DNA of 64,000 bases from a virus (Duplodnaviria; Caudoviricetes). Below the pieces are notes generated by a model. That model had not been told where the DNA came from and made no database searches. It saw only the letters and a program-made list of their open reading frames with translations. Of this stretch, positions 9,737-21,700 are shown piece after piece (position 1 is the stretch's first letter; each line of letters starts with the position of its first letter). The stretch lies in the IMG/VR virus record IMGVR_UViG_3300029288_007060, positions 64,001 through 128,000 of that record; one strand, written 5' to 3'. The translations under genes were made by a program, and so were the position numbers.

Positions 9737-10567
9737 TCATCCTTTATATTTATAAATCATGTGATTCGGATTATTTTGATAAAACTCCAAATCATTAAAA
9801 TATTTTCCTGACCAAATGTTTTTAAACAAATTTATATTTTCGCTAAACTTAGGGTTGTTTTTCCCATCTTTTGATATGCCTTCATCATGAATCAATATAG
9901 AATCTGGACAATAGACACAATTTTTCTTCAACATTGATTTCATCTTTAAGCACAAATCAATGTCCTCATATTGATAAAAATAATCTTCACAAAAACGCCC
10001 CACGTCCTCAAAATCTTTTCTCCTTAGCAGCATGCATGCCCCTGTTACCGCCTGGTAATATCTTGGAACAGAAATAAAGGGCTTGACACTATCGTAAGGT
10101 TGCCTGTAACACATATGGTATGGGAGATTATTTGTTTTGTGGCTAAAAAACACACCGCAATGCTGTATCTTTTTATCGGGATACAATAGTAATGACCCAA
10201 CAATGCCAGCATTAGTATCTGTGTCTAGTATTGTCTGCATATTGTAGAGCCAGTTGTCGTTAACTGGTATAGTATCGTCATTAAGAAACATTATATAGTC
10301 TCCGGAGCCCAATAGAGATGCTTCGTTATTATTCGAAGCAAACGATCCGTCATTTTTCTCCTTAGATGTAACCTCTATTCTGTCTGTAAAAAGTATATCG
10401 TCGATATACATAGAGTCATATATTACGTTGTTTACCTCTTCGTTGGGGTCGTTGGCCAATAAGTAGATGTGATAATCTACTCTCTTCGTTTTTTCTATTA
10501 TTGAAGAAAGACATAATTTTAGTTTGTCGCAATTTCTGTATGTTGTGATAACAATATCTATCGACAT
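9737..10567 (-). CDS. Glycosyltransferase family 2
   Basis: FLNDD, AVTGAC, YEDIDLC; paralog of the first GT domain of 7678-9732. Confidence 0.9.
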   Translation of the reverse strand: MSIDIVITTYRNCDKLKLCLSSIIEKTKRVDYHIYLLANDPNEEVNNVIYDSMYIDDILFTDRIEVTSKEKNDGSFASNNNEASLLGSGDYIMFLNDDTIPVNDNWLYNMQTILDTDTNAGIVGSLLLYPDKKIQHCGVFFSHKTNNLPYHMCYRQPYDSVKPFISVPRYYQAVTGACMLLRRKDFEDVGRFCEDYFYQYEDIDLCLKMKSMLKKNCVYCPDSILIHDEGISKDGKNNPKFSENINLFKNIWSGKYFNDLEFYQNNPNHMIYKYKG

Positions 10568-10869
10568 CGGCTTCTCTTATAATAATATCTGTAATAATCG
10601 TTTAAGTTACTTCCAGGAAGAAATTGTTTAATTTCATATTGTCTAGACAACAAATCCAACACTATATGCCCAGAGTCTATGAGGACACAGAGCAATGTAT
10701 TTATACAATATTCAATGGCACAAATTGTGTCTTGCGCTATACGCTCGCCGACAAATCTATCTTGAACCTTTTCCAATACAAACAACTGAATGAGTTCGGT
10801 GGCAGGAATCGATATACTAATCGCATTAGTTGTGTCACTTCTTTTAACTATAATATCTTTAATCATCAT
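10558..10869 (-). CDS. Hypothetical protein
   Basis: 103-aa ORF filling the gap between two GT genes. Confidence 0.5.
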   Translation of the reverse strand: MMIKDIIVKRSDTTNAISISIPATELIQLFVLEKVQDRFVGERIAQDTICAIEYCINTLLCVLIDSGHIVLDLLSRQYEIKQFLPGSNLNDYYRYYYKRSRCR

Positions 10870-10877
10870 TTTGTAGT

Positions 10878-11612
10878 CTACGCAATCTTAGGGAGAGAAT
10901 ATGGCTGTATGTGTTTTATTATCTCGCCATACTTCTTACGATTTTTGTTATATTGTTTTGGTATATCTATTCTTGATTCAGAAAATGTTGTGTGATTAAA
11001 ATGTGCTATACCGAGATTTGGAGAGACGCCCATTTTAAATCTTCCGTCTTCTTGCACAATCTTACAAAATAATGCGTCTTCAAAAAACCCAGACCCAAAC
11101 TCTGTGGGAAATAGACCGACAAATTCATACACTCGCCTTTTAGATAACAGACACCAAGCCTCTAGGTATTGAAATCTAAAACGTCCATACTTATTTTTGT
11201 TATTATTAGGAACATATTCATTATTGCTGTCTAACTCTCCTGCTTTCGGGGACGTTAAATCCCAATTGTTTGTTTTTAAGCTTTCGGTTAAGTTTATTAG
11301 CCACTTTCTGTCCAATATCTTAACATCATTGTTTAGTAGCAAAACCAATTCTTTGCTTGACTTAATAATCCCAGCATTAATAGCTCCGGCAAATCCGATA
11401 TTTTTATCATTATCTAGCCATTTTATGCTTTTGTACTTGTTTTTCAGAATTGAAACCATATTATCGTTTGGGGACCCGTCATTCACAACTATTATTTCTG
11501 TATTGTTATCTATTCCGTCTGTCCCTATAATTAAATCATCAAGACAGTTTTTCGTCATCGCCAACAATTTGGCACTGGTTATATAAATCGGTATAATTAT
11601 AGATATATCCAT
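10878..11612 (-). CDS. Glycosyltransferase family 2
   Basis: ISIIIP, VNDGS, NIGFAGAINAG, LLNND, FFED. Confidence 0.9.
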   Translation of the reverse strand: MDISIIIPIYITSAKLLAMTKNCLDDLIIGTDGIDNNTEIIVVNDGSPNDNMVSILKNKYKSIKWLDNDKNIGFAGAINAGIIKSSKELVLLLNNDVKILDRKWLINLTESLKTNNWDLTSPKAGELDSNNEYVPNNNKNKYGRFRFQYLEAWCLLSKRRVYEFVGLFPTEFGSGFFEDALFCKIVQEDGRFKMGVSPNLGIAHFNHTTFSESRIDIPKQYNKNRKKYGEIIKHIQPYSLPKIA

Positions 11613-11613
11613 A

Positions 11614-12828
11614 TTATATCATTCCTTTATAGGTGCCAAGAACGTAAGGGTTTTCTTTTCCTTCGATTACATTGATTATTTTCTTAGCTGCATTCTTCCA
11701 ACTAAATTCGTCTACCATTTTGTCCATTTCCGGTTTGAGTTTTTCTAATATCTCATCGTATTTTTTAAATGACTTCTGCATTAGTTCAGACGTATGATTG
11801 ATATCGGGCTCACCAGATTTATTTCTTTCATCATAGTGCCAATATTGCTCGTTTAACTCGGCCTTTACTAATTTGGTATCAATCAACAGGGAATTCTTTT
11901 CATTCATAAATTGCAAATTACCAGAGTAATTCGGGGCTATATTAATCATTCCTCTTCCAGTTGCCCCTCCGCTTGCCATTGCCTCGATCATTGGTATACC
12001 CCAGCATTCGCTTGCTGTAGTGGTAACATGAGTATGACAAGAATTATATAGAGCGCCCATATTGTCTATTCTCTTATCTATTATTTCGATTTCTGGAATA
12101 TTTTTCCCGTATTTTTTAACCAAATCAATAAAAATATCTCCTAAAATTACTTCAAAAATTTTTCTTCCGCCTGTATTTTTAGAAGCATCCCACATACCAT
12201 CTGAATGTTTGTATATTTTACTTTTGAGCACCAAACACACATCATCATTTTTTGTGAATGTTTGACAATATGCATTTAATAGTATATGGAGTTTTTTTCT
12301 ATAATGCGGCGCGCATACAGATAAAAATCTATAAGATTTGTTAGTTTTTAATCTTATCGGAGAAATGGAAGGATTGAATTTTTCTACATCTACCCCATGA
12401 GGAATAACAAATATTTTTTCCAATGGAACGCCATTATTATAGAAAATTTCGGCTGCGAAATCTGATGGAGGAAAAAACAAATCAACATACTTGTAGAACT
12501 TCTTCCAATGTGCCGGCCACCATTTATACTCGTATGCATAAATTGCGCCTTTTAATTTAGAATTAGAAAGAAATCTGGATGGTAAATTTTGAGGGACAGT
12601 ATAACAAAAATCTAAATCTAATTTCCTCTTCCCCGGGCCGAACTCCTGTAAGGCTAAAACAGAATCTATCATCTTATTTTTCTTTTTGAATAGGTTCTCA
12701 TTTATACCATTAGTTGACACTACATATGTATTATGTCCCAACTCGTCGAAAGCATTGAACAATTCTGTCATAACAGACGACCACGATAAGTTGTCTGCCC
12801 ACCAAGTGTTTGATCTTATATTAAGCAT
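11614..12828 (-). CDS. Glycosyltransferase family 4
   Basis: FPPSDF, VIPHGVD, RKKL, SECWGIPMIEAMASG (E-x7-E), FSWKNAA. Confidence 0.9.
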   Translation of the reverse strand: MLNIRSNTWWADNLSWSSVMTELFNAFDELGHNTYVVSTNGINENLFKKKNKMIDSVLALQEFGPGKRKLDLDFCYTVPQNLPSRFLSNSKLKGAIYAYEYKWWPAHWKKFYKYVDLFFPPSDFAAEIFYNNGVPLEKIFVIPHGVDVEKFNPSISPIRLKTNKSYRFLSVCAPHYRKKLHILLNAYCQTFTKNDDVCLVLKSKIYKHSDGMWDASKNTGGRKIFEVILGDIFIDLVKKYGKNIPEIEIIDKRIDNMGALYNSCHTHVTTTASECWGIPMIEAMASGGATGRGMINIAPNYSGNLQFMNEKNSLLIDTKLVKAELNEQYWHYDERNKSGEPDINHTSELMQKSFKKYDEILEKLKPEMDKMVDEFSWKNAAKKIINVIEGKENPYVLGTYKGMI

Positions 12829-12842
12829 ATAATACTTTCCTT

Positions 12843-12886
12843 AACAAAATGCCGTATAGCATAATTATATTATACACTATACGGCA
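12843..12886 (-). terminator. Probable intrinsic terminator between the structural and glycan modules
   Basis: 10-bp inverted repeat TGCCGTATAG (12850-12859) / CTATACGGCA (12877-12886) with an inner ATAAT/ATTAT stem, followed on the minus strand by TTTTGTT. Confidence 0.55.
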
Positions 12887-12904
12887 CAAAAATATTAATT
12901 ATTT

Positions 12905-15658
12905 TTAAAATGGAACTATTGCATCTGCCAATTCGGCTCCGGTCATGTTGGCCTCAGTGTTTAAAAATCCCGCCTTTTTCAAATATACAGTCAGAATTAT
13001 CTTGGTTCTCAATTCTGGACTTATACTAGAATAATTAGCATCTATTATGTTTATCCTCAACAAACCAGTGGACTGTGTATATAATAATCCACATGTCGTA
13101 ACATATGCGGGCGAATCCGCTGATAGGGATTGCAGGCCTACAGACACTCTAACCTGATTATCATTTAATGCATCAGCACCAACATATGTTCCGTCATAAA
13201 ATTTCATTTTGTCTTTTATAAATGTGTCAAATATGTCTATATCTCCTTGGGTATCCGCCGCAGGCAAATCTATAATAATTTGGCCTACCTCAAAATCTAC
13301 CGAATAGTCCGTTCCGTCCTCATTTAATAGATTTCCTCCTAACAACAAATCCCCGGATATAGACGATGTGTTTTCTCCACCGTTCTTATCAGACCCTGTG
13401 ATGTCATCTGATACTAATGTTGTAAACGATTTAGAAATAAATCTTCTCATATCCTCTATTATTATATTTTCTGGTACCCAGATAGACAGTAATTCTATCT
13501 CGTACTCTATAGCGGAAAATGGGACATCATTAAATGATGCATCATCTGCTATCATATCTGGCGTGGTATCATCTATATTTTCTACGGTTAAAACCAATCT
13601 TGTTAAAGTACTTCCTACGTCGAATGGTACTCCACCCGAGGACACATAATCTTGAATATCTACTGCGTCTGCTACACTTATTATAGAATCTCCAGTAACA
13701 TCCGCTCTTATAATTTCTTCTATATCAACTGTTCCATTGACAATTGCGTTCTTTTGATCTGCTGACGCAACAGTTCCCAACACTAGCCCTGTTGAATATC
13801 CGTCTAATTCTATCGCTCGTGTAACATCCGCCGCATCTATTGTTCCATCGGCATCGACATCTCCGTATGCATCTTCAAAAATTTCAGATTTTATTATTCT
13901 ATATTTCAAATTGGGCAGGCTTGTATTTGGTGTTAAAATAGACCCCACCAAATTATTAAGTGTCAAATCCGAGTCCGGCTGTATGATGGTGAAAGTATTT
14001 GTCCTCAATAATCCAGGAAAATCTGTCATTCCTGTTATTGATATACTTCTCGACGGATTTGTGTCTCTTACATTTGCCAGCACGATTGTTTCATCTCCAG
14101 AATCTACCAGTGCCGTTAATGAGCTTTCAGACACAATAGAAAAGGATGGTACATCGTCAATTCTGGTAAAAACTTGATTTCCAGTCGCCGGATGGGGAAC
14201 TGGGGTGCTATAATCCTTAATTGCCTGCACTATCATATAATTATATACAGTAGGGGATGTGCTTAAGAGACTGTGGGCTCCTTCGCTATACGGCACCTCT
14301 ATTCCTGTTATATCGTCTTTGACAATTTTTTGAGAAATTATTTGAATTCCATTGTCATAAGCAGTTCCGCTAGTAACTCTAACGGCACTAGTGTACACTC
14401 TAAACCACAGATTGCTTCCATCGATATCTGTCCATTTATTTTGAGAAAATATGGAGAGAATCATATTAGAGTCTGCGCTTATGTTTGTGGCTTCTGGTAA
14501 AATAAATGTTCCTGAGCTTGTATCTCCAGTTCTTCGTATTGTTAGAATATAATATTGTCCATCTGTTATTGTGGAAGTGCTTGGATTTGAAATCGCCGAT
14601 CTCGTAAATACAAAATCCACCACCTTAGGGGACGAATCTAGAACAATGCCCAAGTCTTCTAATTCTGCCTGCGAAAATGACATTTCGGCCAATGATGATG
14701 GCTCTGGGTCAAATTCTATTGCAGACTCTGGGGTAATATCAGTAGGACATGCGGTAGTGGTCTGTAATTTTCTTATTTCTAATGTTATATTTCCTGTCCA
14801 GTCATATTCATGTCCAGCAACCGCCAATGTATCTTCTTCTACAGAAAGCAGAACTGACACTTTTTGTATATTGTTTGTTTTTGCAAGAAATTTTTCTCCT
14901 ATTATATCTGTAGAGTATTCAGACAAACTCCTGCTTTGGGCCGCGGTTATATTTATTTGCAAATCTTCAACATTTAACGTGTCGACTGCGGCTATTTCGT
15001 CCAATATCTCCCCCAACGTAACAGACATATTAGATGGTTTGAAATCGATAAAGTCCATGCTTGGCTCTATAATCTGCTCTGCCATAATAACATCGCGCAC
15101 AACCGTCATAGGCACAGACTCGTATATTTTTAAAACTCCGCCATTATCTATGCAGGCCGTCCCGGTGATTAAGGTATTGCCATTTCCTCTAAAATCTTGT
15201 GTCATAAATGCAAGTATTTTGGTGAAATAATTTTTGGTCGTTTGAGTTTCATTTTTGGTAAATGTCAAGACTTCGTATACGAACGTTCCTCCGAAAATTT
15301 CTCCAAAAATGAATACCTTCGTGGACAAGTACCCTAAAAGATTTGAGCCCGAGATTTCTACATCTAACATGTTTCCTTTAGAAGTATCTGATGGTTGTAT
15401 AAATACCACATTCCCCAGGTCGTCTTCTTCATAAATAGGGGTCCCGTCGAAGTCAATGTCAGTTATCAAACTTGATATAGACGCTGGCGCATCAGATGAA
15501 TCAAACAATATTGTTTGAACCGCTGTCTCTTTTTCGACGCCGCTCCCTATAGAAATATTTGTTGTATTTGCAATGGTATTGTGCCAAGCTTCTTGTTCCA
15601 CATTTAAGTCTGTGTCCACCACTTGTTGTCCATCATACCAAGAATTTCTTAAAACCAT
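12905..15658 (-). CDS. Virion structural (baseplate/appendage) protein with dockerin-like duplicated EF-hand
   Basis: Acidic beta-rich 917 aa; N-terminal WYDGQQV..DL..EQ baseplate-attachment-like motif; GDVDADGTIDAADV...ADVTGDSIISVADAV pair. Confidence 0.65.
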   Translation of the reverse strand: MVLRNSWYDGQQVVDTDLNVEQEAWHNTIANTTNISIGSGVEKETAVQTILFDSSDAPASISSLITDIDFDGTPIYEEDDLGNVVFIQPSDTSKGNMLDVEISGSNLLGYLSTKVFIFGEIFGGTFVYEVLTFTKNETQTTKNYFTKILAFMTQDFRGNGNTLITGTACIDNGGVLKIYESVPMTVVRDVIMAEQIIEPSMDFIDFKPSNMSVTLGEILDEIAAVDTLNVEDLQINITAAQSRSLSEYSTDIIGEKFLAKTNNIQKVSVLLSVEEDTLAVAGHEYDWTGNITLEIRKLQTTTACPTDITPESAIEFDPEPSSLAEMSFSQAELEDLGIVLDSSPKVVDFVFTRSAISNPSTSTITDGQYYILTIRRTGDTSSGTFILPEATNISADSNMILSIFSQNKWTDIDGSNLWFRVYTSAVRVTSGTAYDNGIQIISQKIVKDDITGIEVPYSEGAHSLLSTSPTVYNYMIVQAIKDYSTPVPHPATGNQVFTRIDDVPSFSIVSESSLTALVDSGDETIVLANVRDTNPSRSISITGMTDFPGLLRTNTFTIIQPDSDLTLNNLVGSILTPNTSLPNLKYRIIKSEIFEDAYGDVDADGTIDAADVTRAIELDGYSTGLVLGTVASADQKNAIVNGTVDIEEIIRADVTGDSIISVADAVDIQDYVSSGGVPFDVGSTLTRLVLTVENIDDTTPDMIADDASFNDVPFSAIEYEIELLSIWVPENIIIEDMRRFISKSFTTLVSDDITGSDKNGGENTSSISGDLLLGGNLLNEDGTDYSVDFEVGQIIIDLPAADTQGDIDIFDTFIKDKMKFYDGTYVGADALNDNQVRVSVGLQSLSADSPAYVTTCGLLYTQSTGLLRINIIDANYSSISPELRTKIILTVYLKKAGFLNTEANMTGAELADAIVPF

Positions 15659-15746
15659 TTTTTTCTCCTTTTTTTCATTTTCTACTTGACAATTTCACAA
15701 ACCGTCTTGATAGATATCATTGTATGTGTTAAGCAGGAAAACATAT

Positions 15747-18700
15747 TTATTTACTAAATTTAATAATAGCAGTTGTATTAGCTGGCTTTATTACATTTAT
15801 CAGTGATTTTAATAAATTTGTTAAATAATCATTTCCTATTACTTTATCAAATGAATCTATAACATCTACACTAAATTTAAATATACCGTTAGATGCGTTT
15901 GTTACTTCTGAAAAATCTTGTATCTTGAAAAGCAAAGCATCAAAATCATACAAGGCCGTTGTATTTAAATCTTGTATTACCGGTAGAGCAAAGTCTGTAT
16001 TTTGCTGATAATTAACATCAACGAATACGCCTGATACATTTTTTATTGATTGCAGTCTTTGAATGTCAGAGAATCTAATATTGTCCATAATAGCATTTGC
16101 TCCATTAACACTAAAAATATCAGCCCCTATAAAAATACTTGAAAATACATCTGACATATCAATATTATCTACCAAAAACCTATTAGTCCCTGGTCTTATT
16201 TCTGCTTGTCCGTATACAATTCCTGTTCCATATATAAGGCCTGTTCCGTATTTTATCGTACCTCTTTCATCTCCATCGACAAATAATCGTAGCCTGTCCA
16301 AACCGTTGCTACTGTTTGTTTTCCACATAATCATTATCCTGTGCCACGTATTCCTTTGCCAATCGACATGAACACTTAGTAAATGTTCTATGCTGGATGC
16401 TTTCACAAAGAAATTAACAAAACCGTAAGGATCGAGGAATAGACTAACTCTGTCGCCGCTGTTATTTATTGGAATATACGTCACTTTGACTAAAGTGTTC
16501 TGAGACGGAAGAGGTATACCGAGAGTAATTGTTTTATTATCAATCGTCGATATACCCCCACCATCAAAATAATTTGTGCCTGCATTATAAATATCACTAG
16601 CAAGCCTTACGCTTTTTACAGAGCTGGCCTTCTGGTTTAATAAAACTGATATCTTTGTGATTGAACTTACTGTTTCGTCCACAGAAGATAGCATGTCTAA
16701 ATAATAATGATATTTAGAATTGTTATTTGAATCATCTAATGGGCTAACCCAAAACTCAATAGTCCCCTCATCATTATCGAAAATCGAACCGGCATTGTTT
16801 ATTATAAAGGGATGATTTTCTTTTAATTTAATACCGTATTTGAAATTATCATTAACACTTTTTGCTATTTCAAACCCAGAATCAAATCTGTCAATAAATT
16901 CAGAGGAGTCCGTATTTTCTTTGTCCCAATGAAGCAATAATAATGTATTATCGTCAGCAGTGAATTCAAAATCATAATTATAATCAGTGGTTATTGTTCT
17001 GTCCAATGTTCCTAATTCTTCTCCTACTCTTGTGTCGGTAGACATATAATCCAAAATTCTGACCTCATCAAGCACTGCGTCAACAACATTACTGCCGTTA
17101 AAATCGCTTCCTATTTGCATATAAGTTGGTTGCTCGTTTAAATTAATTCTTAAAAAAGTGGGGTAGTCTATTTCGTAGAAACAACCATTTAAAATAAATG
17201 GAATCCCTGCGCTTCCAAAAATTTCAAATCTAAAAAATCCATTGGAGTATTCTGCGATTTCTGCGTAATCCCCATTGTTTTCGGATTCTGTTATTGGTAA
17301 TTTCTCCCTAATAGTGAAAGTTCCCGCTGCCAATAAGGAATCTAGTGGAACAATATTAACGCTAATGTAATCAATATATCTCCAGTATTCAGAAGAATAT
17401 TTGATAGCATTAGAATCAAATGTTATAATTTCACTTGTATTTCCGGAATATGTTGTTCCATATATAGTGATAAAATTATAATCAACATTATAATTTATAT
17501 TATCTCCTATTAAAGTAATCGCTAATTTTCTGCCGTTTGTTCCATTGCTCGGCTGACAGTAGGCATCAAAGTTTCTTTGGAGCACATCCTCTAATGATAA
17601 ATCAACCAACACGCTGTTCAATGAAAATCCATTATTTTGTGATACTAATGAATTATCAAAAAGTATCTCAGTAACCTTAACTTCTCCTAAATTTACCGGA
17701 GGCATTGAGTTAGTTTTAATAGTATCAAAACCTCCATCATATATATATTTTTTCTCAAGAACCCTGCTGAACAAAAGCCCCAAAGTTTTAACAACAACGG
17801 AATCACCAACATTAACTCCATTTGTTATAGATAAAACATTTGTATAATTTGATCCGCGCGATATATAATAGTCTGGATATCTTGAATTAACGCCATTTAA
17901 TTCCGTCTCCGTTCCTTGAGAGTCAATAGTTATTACAATGAATCTTTGATTATTAGCTGGAGTTTCTATAGTATTGGTTGAAATATTAATACCATAATGA
18001 ATATTCCCAAGCGATAGTGTCAAATTTCTGTCTAATGTTAAAGAAGTATCACCTACTCCAGTAATATTATAATAAGTGCCTAAATTTGGCGAGCCTATAC
18101 CGTCTGGTGTGTCATCAAGAATATATAATTTATCTCCTACTTGAATTCCATTAGAAATAAAGTCTCCTTCATTTGATATAAACATATTAGAAGAAGATGC
18201 TGATGATCCGTCGAACCCCCCTACTATTGCTACAGCAGACGAGGATGTGACTGTCTCAGAAGAAATATCTCCGAAATAAGAATTAGATGGCTCTGGACGG
18301 CCTCCGTATTTATATAAATTAGAAACCTCTTGTCCGTCGATGAATAAATGCATCTCATCTTTTTCAAAAGGAGTGTTTAATTTCCAGGACACAGCAATAT
18401 GATGTAATTGACCGAATTCCCAATCCTTTATATTTGTCGATAAATTATACTTATTAGACTCGGCATCAAAAATTCTGAAATTCAAAAAGCCTGTTCCGTC
18501 TTTAAATAACGAAAAACGATTAGTATCTGGAGACTTGGCCATATCCACTATATAATGAAAATCTCCAGAAGAAAATGACACGCCGTCTTCTGCAATATTA
18601 TCATCATTGATATCAACATCATATCCGTCTATGTTGGCAGAAAAATCTATTCTGTTAGTAAAGCTTGTAATGGTATCATTTATTTCATTTACAGAATAGC

Positions 18701-21700
18701 CGTCTTGACCAGATGGATAAGATATATTATAGAATTCTCCAGTTGTATTAATTGTTCCTGAAAATGTATGATCAGCGTCTCGTGTTTGCTTCCATGTAAT
18801 CACCCATTGGTTATTATCATTATCATACCATATAAAATATCCTACATCATCGTTGTCTTCTGGTTGACTCATACTAAGTTTATTATTTCCTAATTCTAAT
18901 GTGAACGGAATTGTTTCTGGATTTTCTCCAGAAAATCCAATATGCACATCTTCTATATTAGAATATCCGTCCATAGATAAATCGAATGTAATAGACGAAT
19001 CATTTTCATCACCATCCCATGAAGGAACTATCCATGTCTCAAATGTTCCTTCGTCTAATCTTATGTGTGATAGAGCAGGAACGTCAACTTTTTGCGACCC
19101 TGTGATTAACAACCCCTCGTCAAATTTTCCGAAATCATATGATTCTGTATTATTGTATTTTAAATTTTCCAAATACAAATTACTATTTCCTAACACCCAA
19201 CCATTTACATTTTCTGTTATATTGGGTTTAACTTCAGTGAAAGATTCAACAAGATTTTCTATAGACGGGATAGTTGGTCCTGTGATAAAAGATTGAAGCG
19301 TTCCACCCAAAATAGACCTGTACATCTCTCTTTCTATATTGGGAGAGAATGTGGTTAGCTCCTTTATCTGTGTTAATGATCCGAAATTAGATAATAACTG
19401 GTTTCTTAATGCTCCGTATCTATATGTTACGTAGTAATTTTGTCCAGAAACAAGAGAGTTGCTAATACTCCAATCTATACTATTATTTCCATATTCATAC
19501 GATACTAGAATTTCGTCTTTGAGATATTTATAATCTACAAATAATTCTCCGTAATTATAATCAATAACCACCGAGTCTCCATTTTGTAGGTCATTGTCAT
19601 CACCCAATGTGATTATATTTTCTGTGAATGAATCACTTGTTATATCAAAATAATTATTAAGAGATTCAAATGGCAATGTTTCTAATTGAGAGGATTTATA
19701 AATCCCTCTAACCGATATGATATCAAAATCAACCACTATAGTTTTTGGTGCCGATAAAGATGTGTCTACTAAGCTCCAAACTATATTTTTAGCATCAGAT
19801 AGAAAATTTTGGTCAACAATAACCTGCTGTGAATCAATAACACTAATTATGATAAATATTTGGGCCGGCGGATCGTTTGAAGACCCTACCACAAGGGTTT
19901 TCCCCACATCGCTGTCTGTAAAAATAGAGGAATTCGAAGAAAAAATGTTATCGCCTTGTACTGAGACTCCATCAATTCCACTTTGTGATGTCCCCACTAT
20001 CATAGGTCTATTGTTGTCGTTATTCAAAAATCTCTGACCAACGTATTCTATGCCTTCTGTATCAAATGTATTGTCAAAAGCATCGCCTATAGTGTAAGAT
20101 TTTGTGATGGAAACTAACGGATTAGGACTACGATATATATTATAGATATCAAGTATATGACTGTTTTTTGTTTTGACATATTTGTATTTGTAATTTATTT
20201 CGCCCACATCAACACTTTGGGCTGAGCTTACGGCTACATAGACTATCCCGTTATAATAGTCTATTAAAAAGTCGCCAACCGCTTGAAGTTTATCTAAATT
20301 GGCCGATAAATCAGTATATAATATATCTTCAAAAAAGAACTCTCTAGAAAATAACGTATTTGAAAATGAGACAGATGTATTAAAGTTTGAGCCGACAAAT
20401 CTTTCATAAAAATCAGAAATGCCGGAATTCTGTAGATTAATTTTGAAAATCCTTAGGCTTAAGGAATTAGTCAATTCGTCTGACACATATAAAGTTTCAT
20501 TATCAACAGATGAGAATGAAACTTTTTCTCTCAGAGAATCCAGCTGTGTTGGCGCATTTCTTCCAGAAAAACTAATGCTAGAGTCATCAAATCTAGAGAT
20601 GCTATAAATCTCGCCTGTTGTTTCGTTCATAACTTTGAAAACATCCGTTATGGGGTATTTTTTCGTTATTAATTTGAAATCAGATATTAGCCTATTTTCT
20701 ATCCTTTCATTTAAAGCCTCTTGGTGAGACAGCACTCTATAATCGGTATTTTCAGCAAAAGTTTCTTCGTAATAAAATGTTATTTTAGCTTCTAATCCAG
20801 ACAAATCTCTAGATGAGTTTATTGCTATTTCATTTTTGTCTTCATCTATGCTATAATCTAAATTTTTTGTAAAGATTTTTCTAAACAGGTATGTCATTGC
20901 CGGAGGATAATCTCCAGTTCCGTTATTATCTTTATCTTCACCAAACACATTAACTTCTCCCGTTGAATAATTAATGCTATAATCTCCTGGTCTAGAAGGA
21001 GAACGAGAAATACTAAAATCTATTTCTTTAGTAAAAGCGGGGTGTGTCGACACAAACGCTTGTAAGTCATCGGTTGTTATTGTGCTTAAAAATGTTATAC
21101 CGCCAGACTCTAATAATTGATCTAAATTATTTATAATAGGAGCATTATCAACAGAGAATCTATTTACTATGGCCGGAGCGACCTCGCGAGTAACTAATTC
21201 TATTGTCGATAACAATACATTGTCTATATCTATTGTTTTTCCTAATTTTTTGTATACATATGAAACTTTTAATTGATCACCAGCTTGAGGAAATAAAAAC
21301 CCGCCAGAAAGACCGGTTATTGAATTAGAAGATAATTCTATCTCATCATCGTTTAAGTTAACATTAATTCCTGCCAAAGAAGTATCATATCTATTATCTC
21401 TTAGTATATATCCGAATTGCGATATATCGTATTCTGTTGTGGCATTATTTCTTATAAGCCCAACTGAAATTAATTGAATTACATTATGATTACTAACTTT
21501 AATAGTTAATCCTGAAAAATGATTCGCTATATCAATATCGTCAGTAACCAATTCGTTTATTACATCTTCGGCCTGCAAACTAATAGGGTCTAATGTTAAA
21601 CTCTCAATTATAGGATTAATGTGCACATTTGGCCTAACAAGAAAAGATGCTTTTCTAGATTGATTAAATTCTATAAATCCGCTTATATTATTTCCTGATG

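Noticed and set aside
15686-15720. Plus-strand sigma70 promoter (TTGACA at 15686)
   Set aside because: No acceptable -10 hexamer at 16-18 bp spacing and no plus-strand gene downstream.
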